NCBI GenBank assembly: GCA_002189035.1
Contig: CM007991.1
Location: 3,596,001 to 3,660,000, forward strand
Direction: 5' to 3'
Length of the DNA stretch: 64,000 bases
Source of the DNA: Utricularia gibba
Lineage: Eukaryota; Plantae; Magnoliophyta
This document shows, piece by piece, positions 1 to 13,206 of the stretch (the first letter of the stretch is position 1; each line of letters begins with the position of its first letter). Made by a program: the position numbers and the translations under genes. The notes under the pieces were generated by a model. It saw only the letters and a list, made by a program, of their open reading frames with translations. It had not been told where the DNA came from and searched no databases.

Positions 1-417
1 CGCAGACCCATGGAATGCAATTTTGATTATTTTTTTAATATTTTTAAAATTGTAAAATAAATATTTGTGTATAATAATAATTTATATTAATTTGTTGAAA
101 CGATGAATGCCTCCCCCTCACCACCTCTGTGCATTCCCGTACCACCCATCAAAACTTCGGCGTCGTTAATCGCCGCCGCGATCTCGTTTTGCAGGCGCAA
201 CGCAACTTCGTTTCGTTAACCGGCGATTTGGTGTTTGATTTTAGGGTTTTTCTTTGAAAACAACTACTGTCGCTCTGGGGCTTTTTTTTGTTTTTTCAAT
301 TGTGAGGGGATTGAATGAAGACGGTTTGGGAAAGGTTGGGGATAAAGATGACAAGAAGAGAATGGGTAGTTCAAAGAGGGGAAGATTGATCAAGGAGGGG
401 AGGGTTCAGCGTTCGGC

Positions 418-2448
418 ATGGGGATACGGGAGAGTGACGGCGATGAAACTGAGCGGCGGAGGTATTTGACTTCTAAACTGAGGGAGATTGCCATGAAGGA
501 GGAGCGTTTGAAGTTAGATGCTGAAGAAGCTGATAAGAGGGAGAAGAAATTAGCAATGGTTATAGGTACATTGGATGGGCGAATAAACGCTGTTGAGGAG
601 AGGGAGAAAGCTCTTGAATTGGCTTTGCGTAAAAATATTGAAAACTTGAGTCTGAAGGAGCAGCAACTGGACATGAAAGCAGAGATCTTTGCTTTGGAGG
701 TGAAAAAGGCTGAGGAGAGGATTCTAAAGCAGTTCGAGAAGGAGAAAGAGGAATTGCATTTTTTCCTTGAGGAGGGTTTGAAAGACTTGGGTCTGAAAAA
801 GGAGACATTTTGGAACAGGGTGGAGGAATTAACTGATAAGGTTAAACAGGTGCAAATGGTAAATGAAAGGCAGAAATCAGGGCATGGGAGTTCTGTGAAG
901 AGGCCGAGAATGGCTGAGAATCAAGTCAAGCATCGGAAAGTGGCTGCAGAAGGGAGACTGATGGTGAGTAAGACACAGTTTCAAAAGGAGAAAGAGGAGT
1001 TTGGTTTCTTCCTTGGGGAGAATATGAAGAAGTTGACTTTAAAAGAGGAGCTGTTTTATAACAAGGTGGGGGATTTAACTGATAAGCTTCAACAGGTGCA
1101 AAGCGTATTTGAAAAGCAGAGGATATTAAGTGAGAACAGTATGAAGAGGCTGGAGCTTGCTGAGGATAAAGTTGAGGTTCTGAAGGTGGTTGTAGAAAGG
1201 AGATTTATGACGGTTGAGTCACAACAGAACACAAGTTTCCAATCTCTATATGAGGTTTTGAGGGAAGCTGAAATGATCAAGGAATCAGCAGAGAAGAAGC
1301 TTGAGGAGTTTGAGAAGATGAAGCAACAATTTGATGCTTATCAGGAGGGAGTGAGAGGACTGGAATTGAAGAAACTGCACCTTGTTGCAATGTATAAGGA
1401 TTTCAATGGTAAGTTGATTGACAAAGAAGGGGCGGTCAATCAGCTCATCGACACCTTGAATTTGAAACTGATTAACGTAGAGGGAATATGGAAATCAGTT
1501 CAAGACACCTGTGAAAGGAACAGACTGAAGGAGACTGAACTTAGCACATTAAGAGATTGGGTTGAGAAGAAAATGGAGGAGGCAGATTCTAAACAAGCGG
1601 AGTTGAAGGAGAGGGAGAAGTTAATCATGTTGAAAGAAGATTCATTGATGGTCAAAGAAAAACATCTCATAATGAAGGGAATGGCTCTGATGACTCAGCA
1701 GAGGGATCTTGAAAGGAGGCAGGGAGAAGTTGATAAAGCTAAAGAACAAAATGAACAAATGTCAGCACTTCTGGAATGGAGGGAGAAGAATCTGAACTCT
1801 GTAAAAGAATTTACGCGCAAGTGTTTCCTTGAGCATCGTGCAATGAAGAAAGAACTGGTTGCTGAAAGAAAAGCTCTAGAGAAACGTGCTTTTGAACTGC
1901 AACACAAAGGAATGAACAGAAATACAGATGACTCTGGGGCTGAAAATTCAATGGTGTCCATGGATGAGGAAACAATGCAAATGCTGTTGGACAACCCCAA
2001 CATGAAAGTGGAGTTGGAGTGCATTTTACAATGCCCAGATCTACTTAGCGAAGAGTACATCACTACACTGCTGACCTATTCCTCTGATCCTGCAAAGGTT
2101 GTTGTAGATGCAATGGCTAGATTGTGTCCTCCTCAGTGGCCAGAGGAAGACTCTGCAATGCAAACATGTATCGCCTTCCTGGAGCAGCTGATGAAAACAC
2201 CACGAAAGATCAGTCCCCAAGTTAGGGAAGAAGCTGCCCAACTTGCATCTCAATGGAAGTCAAACATGAGAGCAGACAGCATTCTGGAGTTGCTAGGATT
2301 CTTGAATCTGTTAGCAGCTTATGATCTGGCTGCTTCCCACTTTGAGAAAAATGAGATCCTCGGTTTTCTCAGGAAGGTGCCTCAAGACAAATCGAGCCCC
2401 AGCTTATGGGAAGCCCTTGGTGTCTCAGAACTTCAGTCGGACAATTGA
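418..2448 (+). CDS. FRIGIDA-like protein: long coiled coil plus a C-terminal partial FRIGIDA domain, single exon, 676 aa
   Basis: Intact ORF. The C-terminus SSDPAKVVVDAM...CIAFLEQL...VREEAAQLASQWK...LGFLNLLAAYDLA matches the FRIGIDA-like domain core. The N-terminus is E/K-rich heptads. Confidence 0.85.
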   Translation: MGIRESDGDETERRRYLTSKLREIAMKEERLKLDAEEADKREKKLAMVIGTLDGRINAVEEREKALELALRKNIENLSLKEQQLDMKAEIFALEVKKAEERILKQFEKEKEELHFFLEEGLKDLGLKKETFWNRVEELTDKVKQVQMVNERQKSGHGSSVKRPRMAENQVKHRKVAAEGRLMVSKTQFQKEKEEFGFFLGENMKKLTLKEELFYNKVGDLTDKLQQVQSVFEKQRILSENSMKRLELAEDKVEVLKVVVERRFMTVESQQNTSFQSLYEVLREAEMIKESAEKKLEEFEKMKQQFDAYQEGVRGLELKKLHLVAMYKDFNGKLIDKEGAVNQLIDTLNLKLINVEGIWKSVQDTCERNRLKETELSTLRDWVEKKMEEADSKQAELKEREKLIMLKEDSLMVKEKHLIMKGMALMTQQRDLERRQGEVDKAKEQNEQMSALLEWREKNLNSVKEFTRKCFLEHRAMKKELVAERKALEKRAFELQHKGMNRNTDDSGAENSMVSMDEETMQMLLDNPNMKVELECILQCPDLLSEEYITTLLTYSSDPAKVVVDAMARLCPPQWPEEDSAMQTCIAFLEQLMKTPRKISPQVREEAAQLASQWKSNMRADSILELLGFLNLLAAYDLAASHFEKNEILGFLRKVPQDKSSPSLWEALGVSELQSDN

Positions 2449-2789
2449 AAATATGCAAACTTGACTTATGTTAAGCAGTTCTTAGTGCTGTATATGACCA
2501 AATCCTATATCTTATTCCATGACATGAAGCGCTTGCTTCATATTTCAGTCACCCCTATTTACAAAAGATCGAGTTAGCTTTTTTTTTTCTAACTTTGCAA
2601 AAGGTTATATCGTTGCAAAACACCAATACATCATTCCCCAGATTTCAACAAGTTACGGAAAGAAAATGGAGAAATTTAGGTCACAGTGTAGGAACCCGGA
2701 TGGGAAACGAACAGAACAGCCGCTTTTCGCGACCGGATCAACACCTGCGGAGGATTTGGTGATTAGACGAGCCGAGGATTGCTCATCGG

Positions 2790-2995
2790 GATCGTAACCA
2801 GGGTTTAGGCCGCGATCTCGATCGTGGACCACGTCACCACCCTAGCGCCACCGCAGCTGTCACTGTCACTCACCGCCCTTCCTCCCTTGTCCCTAACGCG
2901 ACACGTCAGACCAGATATTCCGCCGATTCGACTCCAAACAAATCCTAAAAGGCCCAAATTCAAATCTCCAGGCCCAACAATTAAAGCCCACCGAA
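2790..2995 (-). promoter_or_regulatory. Orphan housekeeping-type promoter (Site II x3, ACGT boxes, telo-box-like)
   Basis: GGCCCA/AGCCCA at about 2951, 2971 and 2985; CCACGTCA near 2829 and ACACGTCA near 2901; AGGGTTTAGG at 2800. No protein-coding start nearby. Confidence 0.5.
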
Positions 2996-3083
2996 TGTCA
3001 ATGTGCTTGTTTGCTGTTCTGTTACCCAAGTAAACCTTATGTTGAAACGCCATAAAAGGACGGGTTCAACTTCCTGAGATCCT

Positions 3084-4577
3084 TCATGCACCGTACTTGG
3101 GGGCCTTCCAGAGCTTGAACGCCACTTCATGTACGAACCGGTCGGCCGGAGTGATGAGATTCCCGCCCCTCTGCATCCAAGACGCACATCAAACACCCGA
3201 TGGGTGAAGAGACTTCCTTTGCTGCAGGCCAATGAAACTTTGTAGCTTTCAGCATTACCTGGATAAACTCCCGGAACGAAAACGACTCCGCCGTGTCCAA
3301 CCGAGTCACCGCCTTCTGGTACTGCGCAAGCAGCATCGGACAATACTGCCTGTGAAAAAGCATGCAGGTTTATAAAGCTTCCATGTGCCATCCGCAGTTC
3401 CCAATTCAAGTCTTTCTGCAATGTCTCTCACCTTACGTTTTCCCTCAGCTTCCCTGCTTTCATCATGTAACTTTGAGGAGGGACAAGTGATGAAAGCTCA
3501 TCCCTGCTCTCGACTTGCGCATCCAAAAGGGAGAAATTCAGATTGTCATTCGCCAAGGTAGGTCCGTAGCTCAAAACTACGGACAGATGCAGCCGAGAAC
3601 CGATCTCGGATTCTGAATCCACCGTGTTTGATAGCTCACCAACTAAATGATCCGTATGTTTGATACTGTTATGCCCATCGGCAGGTCCACAGTGAGCCAG
3701 AACAAGCTCAAAGCCATCAGGATCCAATAGCTTTCCTTGTTCAAACCCAAGAAGCTTTAACAGTCCAGAAGCCAAAGGAGAAGAATTGTTGGAGTCACTG
3801 ATTTCATTCCAATCAAAAGCCTTGAAGCCTAGAATGACTGCAAGAGACTTTACGGCCGAGTTATCAGTGATGATGGCTGCTTTCATTCCCATGAACCTGA
3901 AATCATATTCAAAAGACGTCATCCCCATAACACCCTCCAAGAACCTGAACTCTTTTGAACCACCCAGAGTTCGATGCCAACATCACCGTTGCTTGAAGAA
4001 TAACAGATGCATAGGAATAACTGAAATTAGCAAGAAAAGATTCAAGACCTTTCTTCAACAGTTTGGAATTTGCGATGCTCAGGGGAGTTATCAAGCGGTT
4101 TGTGAGCCTGAAGGGTAAATCGCCGGCCGACCGGTTTAGTAAATTTGATGATAAACCACAGGTACAGTGTCACAGAAGCGCTCTTACTGATTTCTCCACA
4201 ACATCCCTTGCATCCAGTAGCTCCGCCAGCTCCCAAACCGCACTTGCATAATCATTCTCTGCAATCTAAACCCATATAAATTCGAAAGAAACACAAGATC
4301 TTTAAAACCTTAGGATCACAAAACAAGGATTGAAGTCAGACAACAGATAAATCAATTCTCATCCATCCGTACCACAAAAGCAAAACAAAAAAAAAAAAAA
4401 AAACAGAATCCAATTCAACAAATAAGTTGCGTCACCTGAGGGAGGTAAATGAGTTAAAGACAAGAGACCACAAATCCCCCGACGCGCAAAGGCATGCAAA
4501 TGCGTCTCCGCCGGCGTGACCGATCGGGCCGACGCCTCTCCATACAACACCAGTGCTCTGCTGGGCTTGTCCGCCAT
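3084..4577 (-). CDS. Conserved plant protein of unknown function, multi-exon
   Basis: Spliced frame runs MADKPSRALVLYGE..., ENDYASAVWELAELLDA, RFMGMKAAIITD, YCPMLLAQYQKAVTRLD, RGGNLITPADRFVHEVAFKLWKAPKYGA*. All GT-AG junctions are in phase. Both termini match a conserved land-plant family I recognise but cannot assign a function to. Confidence 0.85.
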
Positions 4578-4937
4578 TGAAAACCCTCCCCTTTACGCGA
4601 ACCCAGTAATCAAACAACCAGAAAAGCAACACCAATTGCAAAAATTGCAGCGCCACTCCGCCGAATCCGATTCGTGGGGCAACTTTTTTTTTTCTTCTGC
4701 TTCTATAACCACTCCGCATCAGATTATTCGATATTATAATATTAATAAAGTAAAAGTAAAAACATTTTTAAAATTAAATATTAGAAATTGGTGTCCGAGT
4801 TCCGACTACACAAGATCTGGCTCCATGTCCTGAAGCCACTACGCTCTGTCGTGCCGGAGACTTGGCATCTAACAAAAATGGACATTTTCTTCTTGTGGGA
4901 ACTTTCCCCTTCCCCCAGGCGATCCCTCGACAAGTTC

Positions 4938-7900
4938 CTAACCCATCCACAACTTCAGAACTTTATCCTTGCCACCGGAAGCAACCTTTTCGCCATCCGG
5001 ACTCCAGTCGACGGCAAAAACCTATAGGGGGATTGAGTGTCAGTGACGTAATCTCTTTGCACATCAAATCAACAAGCCAGAGAACAGAAATCAAGGGAGA
5101 GCTTGAGTGTTTCTTGTTGCAAAAAGCGTGAGGAACTAACCTCATCAGCATGGCCTGGAAGATCTTGTTTCAACTTCTTTGTCCGGATATCCCAAACCTG
5201 ATGAGGATGTCTCATATAGAATGAGAAGTGAAGGGAAAAAAAGATACATTCGAGTTGGGAAGAAAAAGTTCACCTTTAAAGTTGAGTCCTTGCTTCCACT
5301 CAAGAGTAACCTGCTATCCGCTGACCAGCTGTTGCAGTACATAATTGCTCTAGTCAAGTGTGATGCGATGAGGTTCGAAGGAGAAGGGGTCTCACCTTAT
5401 TTGATAAACAGGCCCGACGTGACCACGGAAGGCAGCCACAAACTTTCCTGTGATCCCGTTCCATAATTTCACAGACTTGTCAAATGAGGCACTTGCAATC
5501 CATAGGCCGTCCGGAGAAAAGTAGACATGATTGACAAGCTGCAATGTTAAAACAATACGTGAATCAGGGGTAAAGTCTCATCAACCTGAACTTCAGTTTC
5601 TGACAATCTTAAAAAAGATAGCACATTTCAAGCAAATCTGCTGATACAGATGGAGCCTTTAAAAGAACAAAGGAGAAGGAAAACAAAACGGCTGTACTTG
5701 CTGATGACCGGTCATACGAATCTTTGGGCGTTTGTCCACCATGGGTTCCCATAGAAACATTGTAAAATCATCTGAGCCTGAGACTAGCCTTTCAGGTGCA
5801 TTGCCTTTCATCTTGTTATATTTTTCCAAAGCTGCCTGGTACAAGACCATGCAGCGAGAAAACATATTAGAATTTATGTAGGAAAAATAATGAATGAAAG
5901 CAAACGAGAGAGAACAGTGGTCGACATGCCCCTAATAAAGATACCATCGATGCGAAGAGCAACAGACATGCACTCAAGTTTGAAAAACCAAATGTGATAC
6001 GACAACCGTAAGCAATGGTCACCTGCTTCATTTCTTCGGGGGATGAATACTTCCGACCGGTGTGATCAAATGCACCAGTGCGAAGCATGTATTCCGTACT
6101 GAGTGCCAATGAATTCACCCAATGCCCATGCCCCTAGGAAGCGCCATTGAAAGAGTAAGTTCTGAATTTGTCTAAATAAATTTTTGGAGAGAAGAAAGAC
6201 AAGGAACTCAAAAAGGTCTAACACAATATACAGCCAACACAGTAACAGTCAACGGTAATTTCTTCATGAAAGGCATGATGTATAATTGTATAATTGTAAA
6301 ACAAGAAACCAGATCCCATACACGGTTCAATCTTGAAATAAAGAAAGATTTCGGATCACCAGATGTATAATTGTATAATAAATTCTGAAGAAATACCTTC
6401 AATTCACGGATGAGCTTCCCTTGAGAAGTTTCCCACATTTTAATTGTGCAATCCTGTGATCTGAAACAAAATTTGCATACTTCACCACAAAGAATACGCA
6501 TTTCAATCAGGAACTCAATAATGCAACCAAAAATTCTATTGAATTGGCTACTGGGAAAAGATTGAACCTAGTAACTACAAGAAGCTAACCAGAAGACAAA
6601 ATACAATTGTCAGACGGGTATAAAAGAAAGATTCATACCCAGTATATATGATTCCATCTCCACCCCATTTCACACAGGTTATCGCAAGTGTGTGCCCAGT
6701 AAGACAGATGACACACTTTTTCAAAGAAACATCCCAGATCCTTGCATCGCCATCTTTGCTTGCACTGACAAAGCGGCGACATGGAGCATTGAGATGAAGT
6801 GGCTCCCAAGAAACTCCAGTTATCCATTTTTTGTGGCCCTGGAACGTTACTCTATCAGTCTCCGAGGAAGCCATTTAAAGAGACAGCACAGAGCACTGAA
6901 TAATAATATATCTGATCGAATTTCAATAATTGCCTCTTCATTATGTTATTGCAGACAAAGAACAATAAGAATTCAGGGAACAAGTATGACTTTTCCTAGA
7001 AGAAATAAGCAAACTATTCATGCAGAGCTGAAGTACGACAGGGAAAAAAATACACTTAAACTCACAGTGAGCGGGTTTCCAGATTGCTTTCCAGTAAGAG
7101 GATCCCAACATATTAGTTCTCCAGACTTGCTTCCGCTAACAAGATATTTACCATCTGGAGACCATGCGATACAGAGAACCCAATTTCTGTGTCCTGTGAA
7201 AAAAATTAAAACAAATCATTAGAATTTAATGGTATTAATACATGAAAAAAAGATGGATGCAACCAGAAAAGGCACAAATAGAGGAAACAGGCATGAAAAT
7301 CGCAAAAAAAAGTCGACAGCATTGAAACATATTCAGTGCACCATGCTCAAATTTGAGCGATGAAAGATCGGGGCCCAAGAGGGAATGCACGAAACATGAT
7401 AACTCATTTTATCTTTTATTTCAATGCAAGGACATCATATGTATACGATTATATTAATATTAATATGCAGAGAGTAATGTGAACCTTTGCCAATAATGCA
7501 GCGGAACCAACCAAACCAAATTTCCTTGGGGAAATCATGGAAAGCAAAATAAAATATGCACCAAATCTTATGTGAAATAGATTCTGCTGATGATATCTAG
7601 AACAAAGACATGTAAAAATCCTACGTACTCATGGAAAAAAGTTAATTCTAAAAAAATTACAAACCTTGACATGTGAATAGTGGCGTCTGTGTGTTTAAAT
7701 CCCAGAGACGAACAGTTGTATCACCAGATCCACTCGCCAACTGCCTTCCATCTGGACTAAAAGAAACTGAAAGCACTGCTTCAGCATGACCTGTCAATGA
7801 CCATTGAAACATTATTTGAAAGTTTATGCTTTTGAAATATACCTTTTCCTGATGCGCAACACAATGTAATTCCAAATAACGTTTACCAGAGATGGTGGAA

Positions 7901-8425
7901 GAACACCGTGTTACAGGGCGTATTCGAAATACTGCTTGTGGCTGATAGACTATGGTGATCACCTTCTCCACCGAAACTGCATCAATGAACAAAATTAAGC
8001 TTCGAATATAACAGCATACAAACGAAGATGTATCGATGAAGAAGCATTGACCAAAAGCTCTTACCTTTATTCTGCTGAAGGTAGTTACCAAGCGGCCCCG
8101 TAAGCTCATCATCCGATATATAAAATGCATAAGGCAATTTCTCCTCCTTAAAAATATTCAATCACAAAAAGATAAAAAAACTTCAGCACGTAGCTTAAGA
8201 AGAAAAATTGGATACAATCAACACCGAAGGTTTTTGCTTTTTATGATGTAGAGAGTGTACGTTTTTCAGGAGTTGATTAACCAATTGCTGCAACTCCTTA
8301 GGGCCGGCGGCTTCCGAGAGAAAAATGGAGGCGCCCAGGGCTGTGCCCTCAGGGTCCGTCAATTTACACATAACGCGATTGCCCAGCTCTCTACTATCGT
8401 CATCCATGGCCGTTTCTACCTCCAT
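4938..8425 (-). CDS. NLE1: Notchless (NLE domain plus WD40 repeats), ribosome biogenesis factor, 13 coding exons
   Basis: NLE domain [10 protein letters not shown]...[11 protein letters not shown]; WD repeats [15 protein letters not shown] and [13 protein letters not shown]; ends [27 protein letters not shown]. All junctions are in phase. A 5'UTR intron (donor near 8766) and a telo-box near 8856 lie upstream. Confidence 0.97.
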
Positions 8426-9405
8426 CTTATCTCAGTTAAGAACTTCAACGAGCCAGAACTTAAGGAATTTTTTCTCTTATACTAATTAGTTCTGGCTTGC
8501 CGTCAGACACTTTTCATGGTGCCGATTCTCCTTGAAGCCACTACAAACGAAGGAAATGACGTCAGAACATTCAAAACGTACAACGTTCACAGAAAAAAAC
8601 CCACAATTCCCCAAAATAAGAAAGATGAAAACATCGACAACAGATTTGACAAGACCAATCCATTGGATACAAGCCATTCATCCTGAAATAGCTTCCAACA
8701 GAAAATTCAAGAATCAAAAGAAACAAATCTTGAAGGACCATCCAACGAGTAAAACGAATGACCACTCACCAGTAGCCAAGCGCGTAGACGAAGAACGCCG
8801 GCCGCCGCTGAGTATCAAAAACGGACCCCAGCTCCGACAGGGTAGACGGCTGGTCTAGGGTTTAGCGCCAAAAATTCAATAATTGGGTCTGAGTTAATAT
8901 CACAAACAATTTTTTTTATATTACTCGTTTTAAACGATTAATATGTATTATTTTATATTTTTCTTATAATAAAACTTCATCCAAAATTAGGAGATTATTT
9001 ATTTAAACATATTCTGTCTCCGTAACTAAATAGGCCCGAGACTCACGTCATCATCAGACCCAGAAGCTCGAGATATTATGAAGGGGAAGATATTTTGGTC
9101 GGTAATTTGGGCCTCGTGATGAATAATAGTACTCTACCTGGGCTTATTAAGTCAGCATAATGTTTAAAAAATGCACTTAATATCTTCAAATACCCCTACA
9201 TATTTTCATCCCAGCACAGAAGCAAACGGCAGGATCAGGAATGTTTTCAGTGATCACATGTGGGTATACAGTGAAAGCACAGACAGCAAATGGTGGCCAG
9301 AGCCGCAAGTATCTCATAGCCATTCAACAGAAGATCAACAGAAACATGGATGGCTACTAACCAAAATGTTCCCATGAGAAGATTCGGGTAGAAGATGGAG
9401 ATAGG

Positions 9406-10315
9406 CTATTGCTTCCTTCCCCTTCCTTTCCTGGGTGGCTGTGCCTCCATATGTTCCTTTCCACCAGCTTCAGATATGTCCGCTGTACAAACAACAAAAT
9501 TCCTTTCTTTGCTAAGTTAAGAGTTCAGGCAAAGGATGAAGAAGGTAGAATTATGGTAGCTGATAGCCACAGCGGGAGACAGGTATACCGTCAGGTCCAC
9601 GAGCCATCAGAGTGAAGAAGGTATTGTTTAGCTTCTCCATCTTCTTCGCATCCTGAGCTTGATCTGTCTTAAACTTGATGCACTGTGTGGAAAGGACTAG
9701 ATGTTAAAGAGCTGTACACTAGGAAAGGGAATGTACAACCGCACATGGGGTATACGCAGGTATCTCAGCACTTCCATGTTTTTCTAAGGCTAAGATAATG
9801 CTACAGAAATATCTACATGCACAATGAGAAGAACAATAACCAACCACCAACCAGTGACACCAAAAATATATCAAGAACCTCCAAAGCTCAGTTGCAAGAC
9901 AGCTATGAAACACGAAAGAACTACAACACATGAATATGAAAGGAATGAGCTTCATATGTAGGATAAAGGTACATTCAATGTCTACACTAACAAAGAAGAG
10001 GAAAAAATCAACAAATGGTGCTTAAATTCACAGAATTCATGCAAGATACTGATCAAAGAATGAACTTCCGAACATTACCACTTTATTGTCAGTGACTTTG
10101 AGGACAAGTTTACCATCACAATGCCTGTACTTCATCGTATAACGAGTCTGTACGAGAAATGCGGAAAGAAGCGCCATTACAATGCCACAAATAAGTACAC
10201 AAACAGTATCGAAAAGCAGAACAAGCTTCAACCGCAAATTTACCTTTTCCGGATCAGCACGAAACAATTGAACAGATTTCTCCACAAAATCATCCCACGA
10301 CTCAACGTACACCAT
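9406..10315 (-). CDS. SRP9: Signal recognition particle 9-kDa subunit, 4 exons
   Basis: MVYVESWDDFVEKSVQLFRADPEK / TRYTMKYRHCDGKLVLKVTDNKV / CIKFKTDQAQDAKKMEKLNNTFFTLMARGPD / ADISEAGGKEHMEAQPPRKGRGRKQ*. Site II cluster at about 10425-10455. Confidence 0.96.
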
Positions 10316-10692
10316 GATTCCCAAATCGAAGCTAACTCCCTCGCGGTGTTGATCCCAATCTCGCGAATGCTTACGAATCCAGGTATCATTTAGGGCTTCG
10401 GCGTAATAGCCCATTAATATCATTGATGGGCCCTGGGCCCAATAATAAGGCCCACAGTAAAAAATGGCTGCAAAAGGTAAATTATTTAAATACTTTCATT
10501 ATTTATTTTTACGAAAATAATATCCCCTTCAAAATAAATACCGTACCACAAAATAAGTGAAAACACTTGGCTTCTTCTTCTTCCGACTTCGGACAGCAAG
10601 TATTCACAACTTTTTTTCACAAGACAGAATCTTGCACAGGTGCTGGTGTCTGAAGAAGAGCTCTGAGAAAGGGCGGCGGTTGGCTGGTTATA

Positions 10693-13206
10693 TCAAGAAT
10701 GTGGAGTTCTTCGAGAATAAAACAACACCATCACGAAGTCCCTTGCTGATGAGCCGATTGCTGCGGACAGGTTCCCAGGTGCCGCTGTCCGGAGCCAGTG
10801 ATCAAGAAGTTTATCGAGAGTCAGGGTGGGAACCACTGTCTGCCCCATGCATTTGATCTCAACCTGGAAAAAAAACCATCTTGTTAAGCCGCAGTATTCA
10901 GTGCTGGTGAAAGTCTTGGACTTGCATGGAGCTACCTCCTCGTAGTTCGATAGATCTAACTTTGTGCTGACGTACTTCTGAATCAAGGAAACTGGCATAC
11001 TTCCATCCCTGTGTTATGTTGCATGGGAAAAAATGTTAGCAAAATATTGATTCAGCCATGCAGCAAAGTCTCTTGTTCCGGTTCTGCATGAACTGGGACC
11101 AAGAGCTTTGATTCTCACAGGCAGCATCATCTAACAAAAATTTCAGAAATAGAATTCCATACTTCATGTGCATGTCTTACTTTATTCTCAAGTAACTCGA
11201 GGAAATCTGAGGGAGGGGTGGTGTATCTGCTGAACTGAGAATACTTCCAAGGAAAATGAGAAAAAAAAAATGAACAGCCATAATTTGATCTTTGGATCAC
11301 GGTTGCTTGTAAAAATAAGGGCAGAAACTTACTGGGACTCAGCGATCAATGAGAACCAAATTGGATGGATTCTGAGGTCAGGTTTTGACCTGGAAGCATC
11401 AAGCACAACCTGTGGTGGGAACTCGAACTCCCCAGATTTTCGTGCTTTCTTCTGGCGAACTTTCTGCAGTTTCTTAGGCCTTTCTGTATCTGGAATGGTA
11501 TGATCACTGTGATTCTTCTCATCCTGAACTTTGGATTTCTGTTTCATCTCTTTATTTTTGGCTTTTCCAAGAGCCCCTTCATTATCTGGAGAATGCAAAG
11601 TTTCTGTTTTGGGGATAGGTTCTTGAACGATAGACTTGGAAGACTTGCTTCTGCTGGCAGCTTCAACCAAGAAATTTAACGGTTTCCAAAGATCAACCTT
11701 CCCTTCCAATGCCTCAGAACCATTCCCCTTCTTTATATCACCATTAGGAACATTAGAAAGCTCACTGGAAACAGAGCCCTACAACAATAATAAGATTAGA
11801 CATGGAATTTACTACACTGATGGGAATCTATGGAGTTCGGAAGCACATTTTCTCATGCTAACAAGATATACAATCCATCATCTTACCTGTCTAGTGTTTA
11901 GAGTAGATTTGTTAGCCATTTCTGGTGAGCTTGAACTCTCAAATTGTTCCTCTGCGGACTCCTCTTCATTCTTAACTGGTTTCTCGTTTGTAATGGATGA
12001 ACCTTTAGATGTTTTTCTTGCAACAGACTTTGATCTCCTACCCGTCATCCCAGAATAAGCTGATACTCTGGGAGTGCTAACTACTAATGACGAAAGAGAT
12101 CTTTCCTTTCTCTTGGCAGGTACTGAAACCGGAGCCACAATTTCGGGAGGTTTCATCTTTATCCTCTTGGAAGGGAATATTTTCGACCTCAAATCTTGCA
12201 AATTATGATCCGCCCTGTCAAGAACCACAGCACCAGTCTCAGATCCGCCGTTCTAGCGAGTTTCAGGGAATAACAGCAGGACCATCATCCCCATCAACAT
12301 CTTACAGAGAAAAATTTTGAGAAACCAGTTTGTCTTAAGGAATCAAGTTTGTAAAATTATCATTTGAATTGAAGTTCACTGCAGAGTTCATTCCAACATC
12401 AATATCATCAACAACATCCATTTCCAGTTCTAATTTCAACACAAGAGTAGAACACCATATGAAAACCATGGATACAGACTCTATCGAAACTGAGCACTTT
12501 GGCTCAGGGTGAGAGATGTGGAAAAAGAGTGACGAAGGAACTCCATTGAAGAGAAAGAATCTAAAACACCTTACCTCAACTTTTCAAGTGGTACACAACC
12601 CAGGTCTATGTTGCATATTGGACAGCGCTCCATTTCCTCATCAGACAGCTTCTTGTATATGCATTTCCTGCAGACTATCAAAACACCCAAAACAAAAATA
12701 ATGTACAAGGCTTACAAAACTTCCATACCAATTTCCAACAACTAAGTTCTTCAAAAGATCGATGATTTCATTGAGAATGGAAAATAATTTAAAATTACGC
12801 AGTTATTTCAACAGCGAATCTTATGATAAACCCCACGAACTTCGTCAGAGCGCATAAAAGAGCAGCAAAAATTAGGACTTTCATTGGTTAAACGTAAAGG
12901 AAACATGTAACCAGATGAAATCCATGTCAACAGCACCAAATTCAAGCAAGAAAATTGTCGACTGAGCAAAACATAGGAGACACTCACGAGAACTCATGCG
13001 AAGGTATATCAAAAAACAAAGCCACAGCGCATCATTGACAAACCATAGAAACGAAAAGGAAACTGCACAAGCATATCGCAGAAGCACCCACATGTGTGGA
13101 GACATTCGATGACAGTAGTCGCGTCGCGGAAAAGCTTGTGGCAGAGTGGGCAAGTCATGCAAGGTGAAACAGTCTCCCGCTTCACCATCACCACCTGATG
13201 CGACAT
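10693..13206 (-). CDS. DRIP2: DRIP1/2-like (BMI1-type) C3HC4 RING E3 ligase with a C-terminal RAWUL-like domain
   Basis: MTCPLCHKLFRDATTVIECLHT/FCRKCIYKKL...CPICNIDLGCVPLEKLR/ADHNLQDLRSKIFP; DLWKPLNFLVEAA; PIWFSLIA; PLPQISSSYLRIK; MPVSLIQKYVSTKL. A 5'UTR exon and intron lie upstream to about 13660. Confidence 0.92.
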
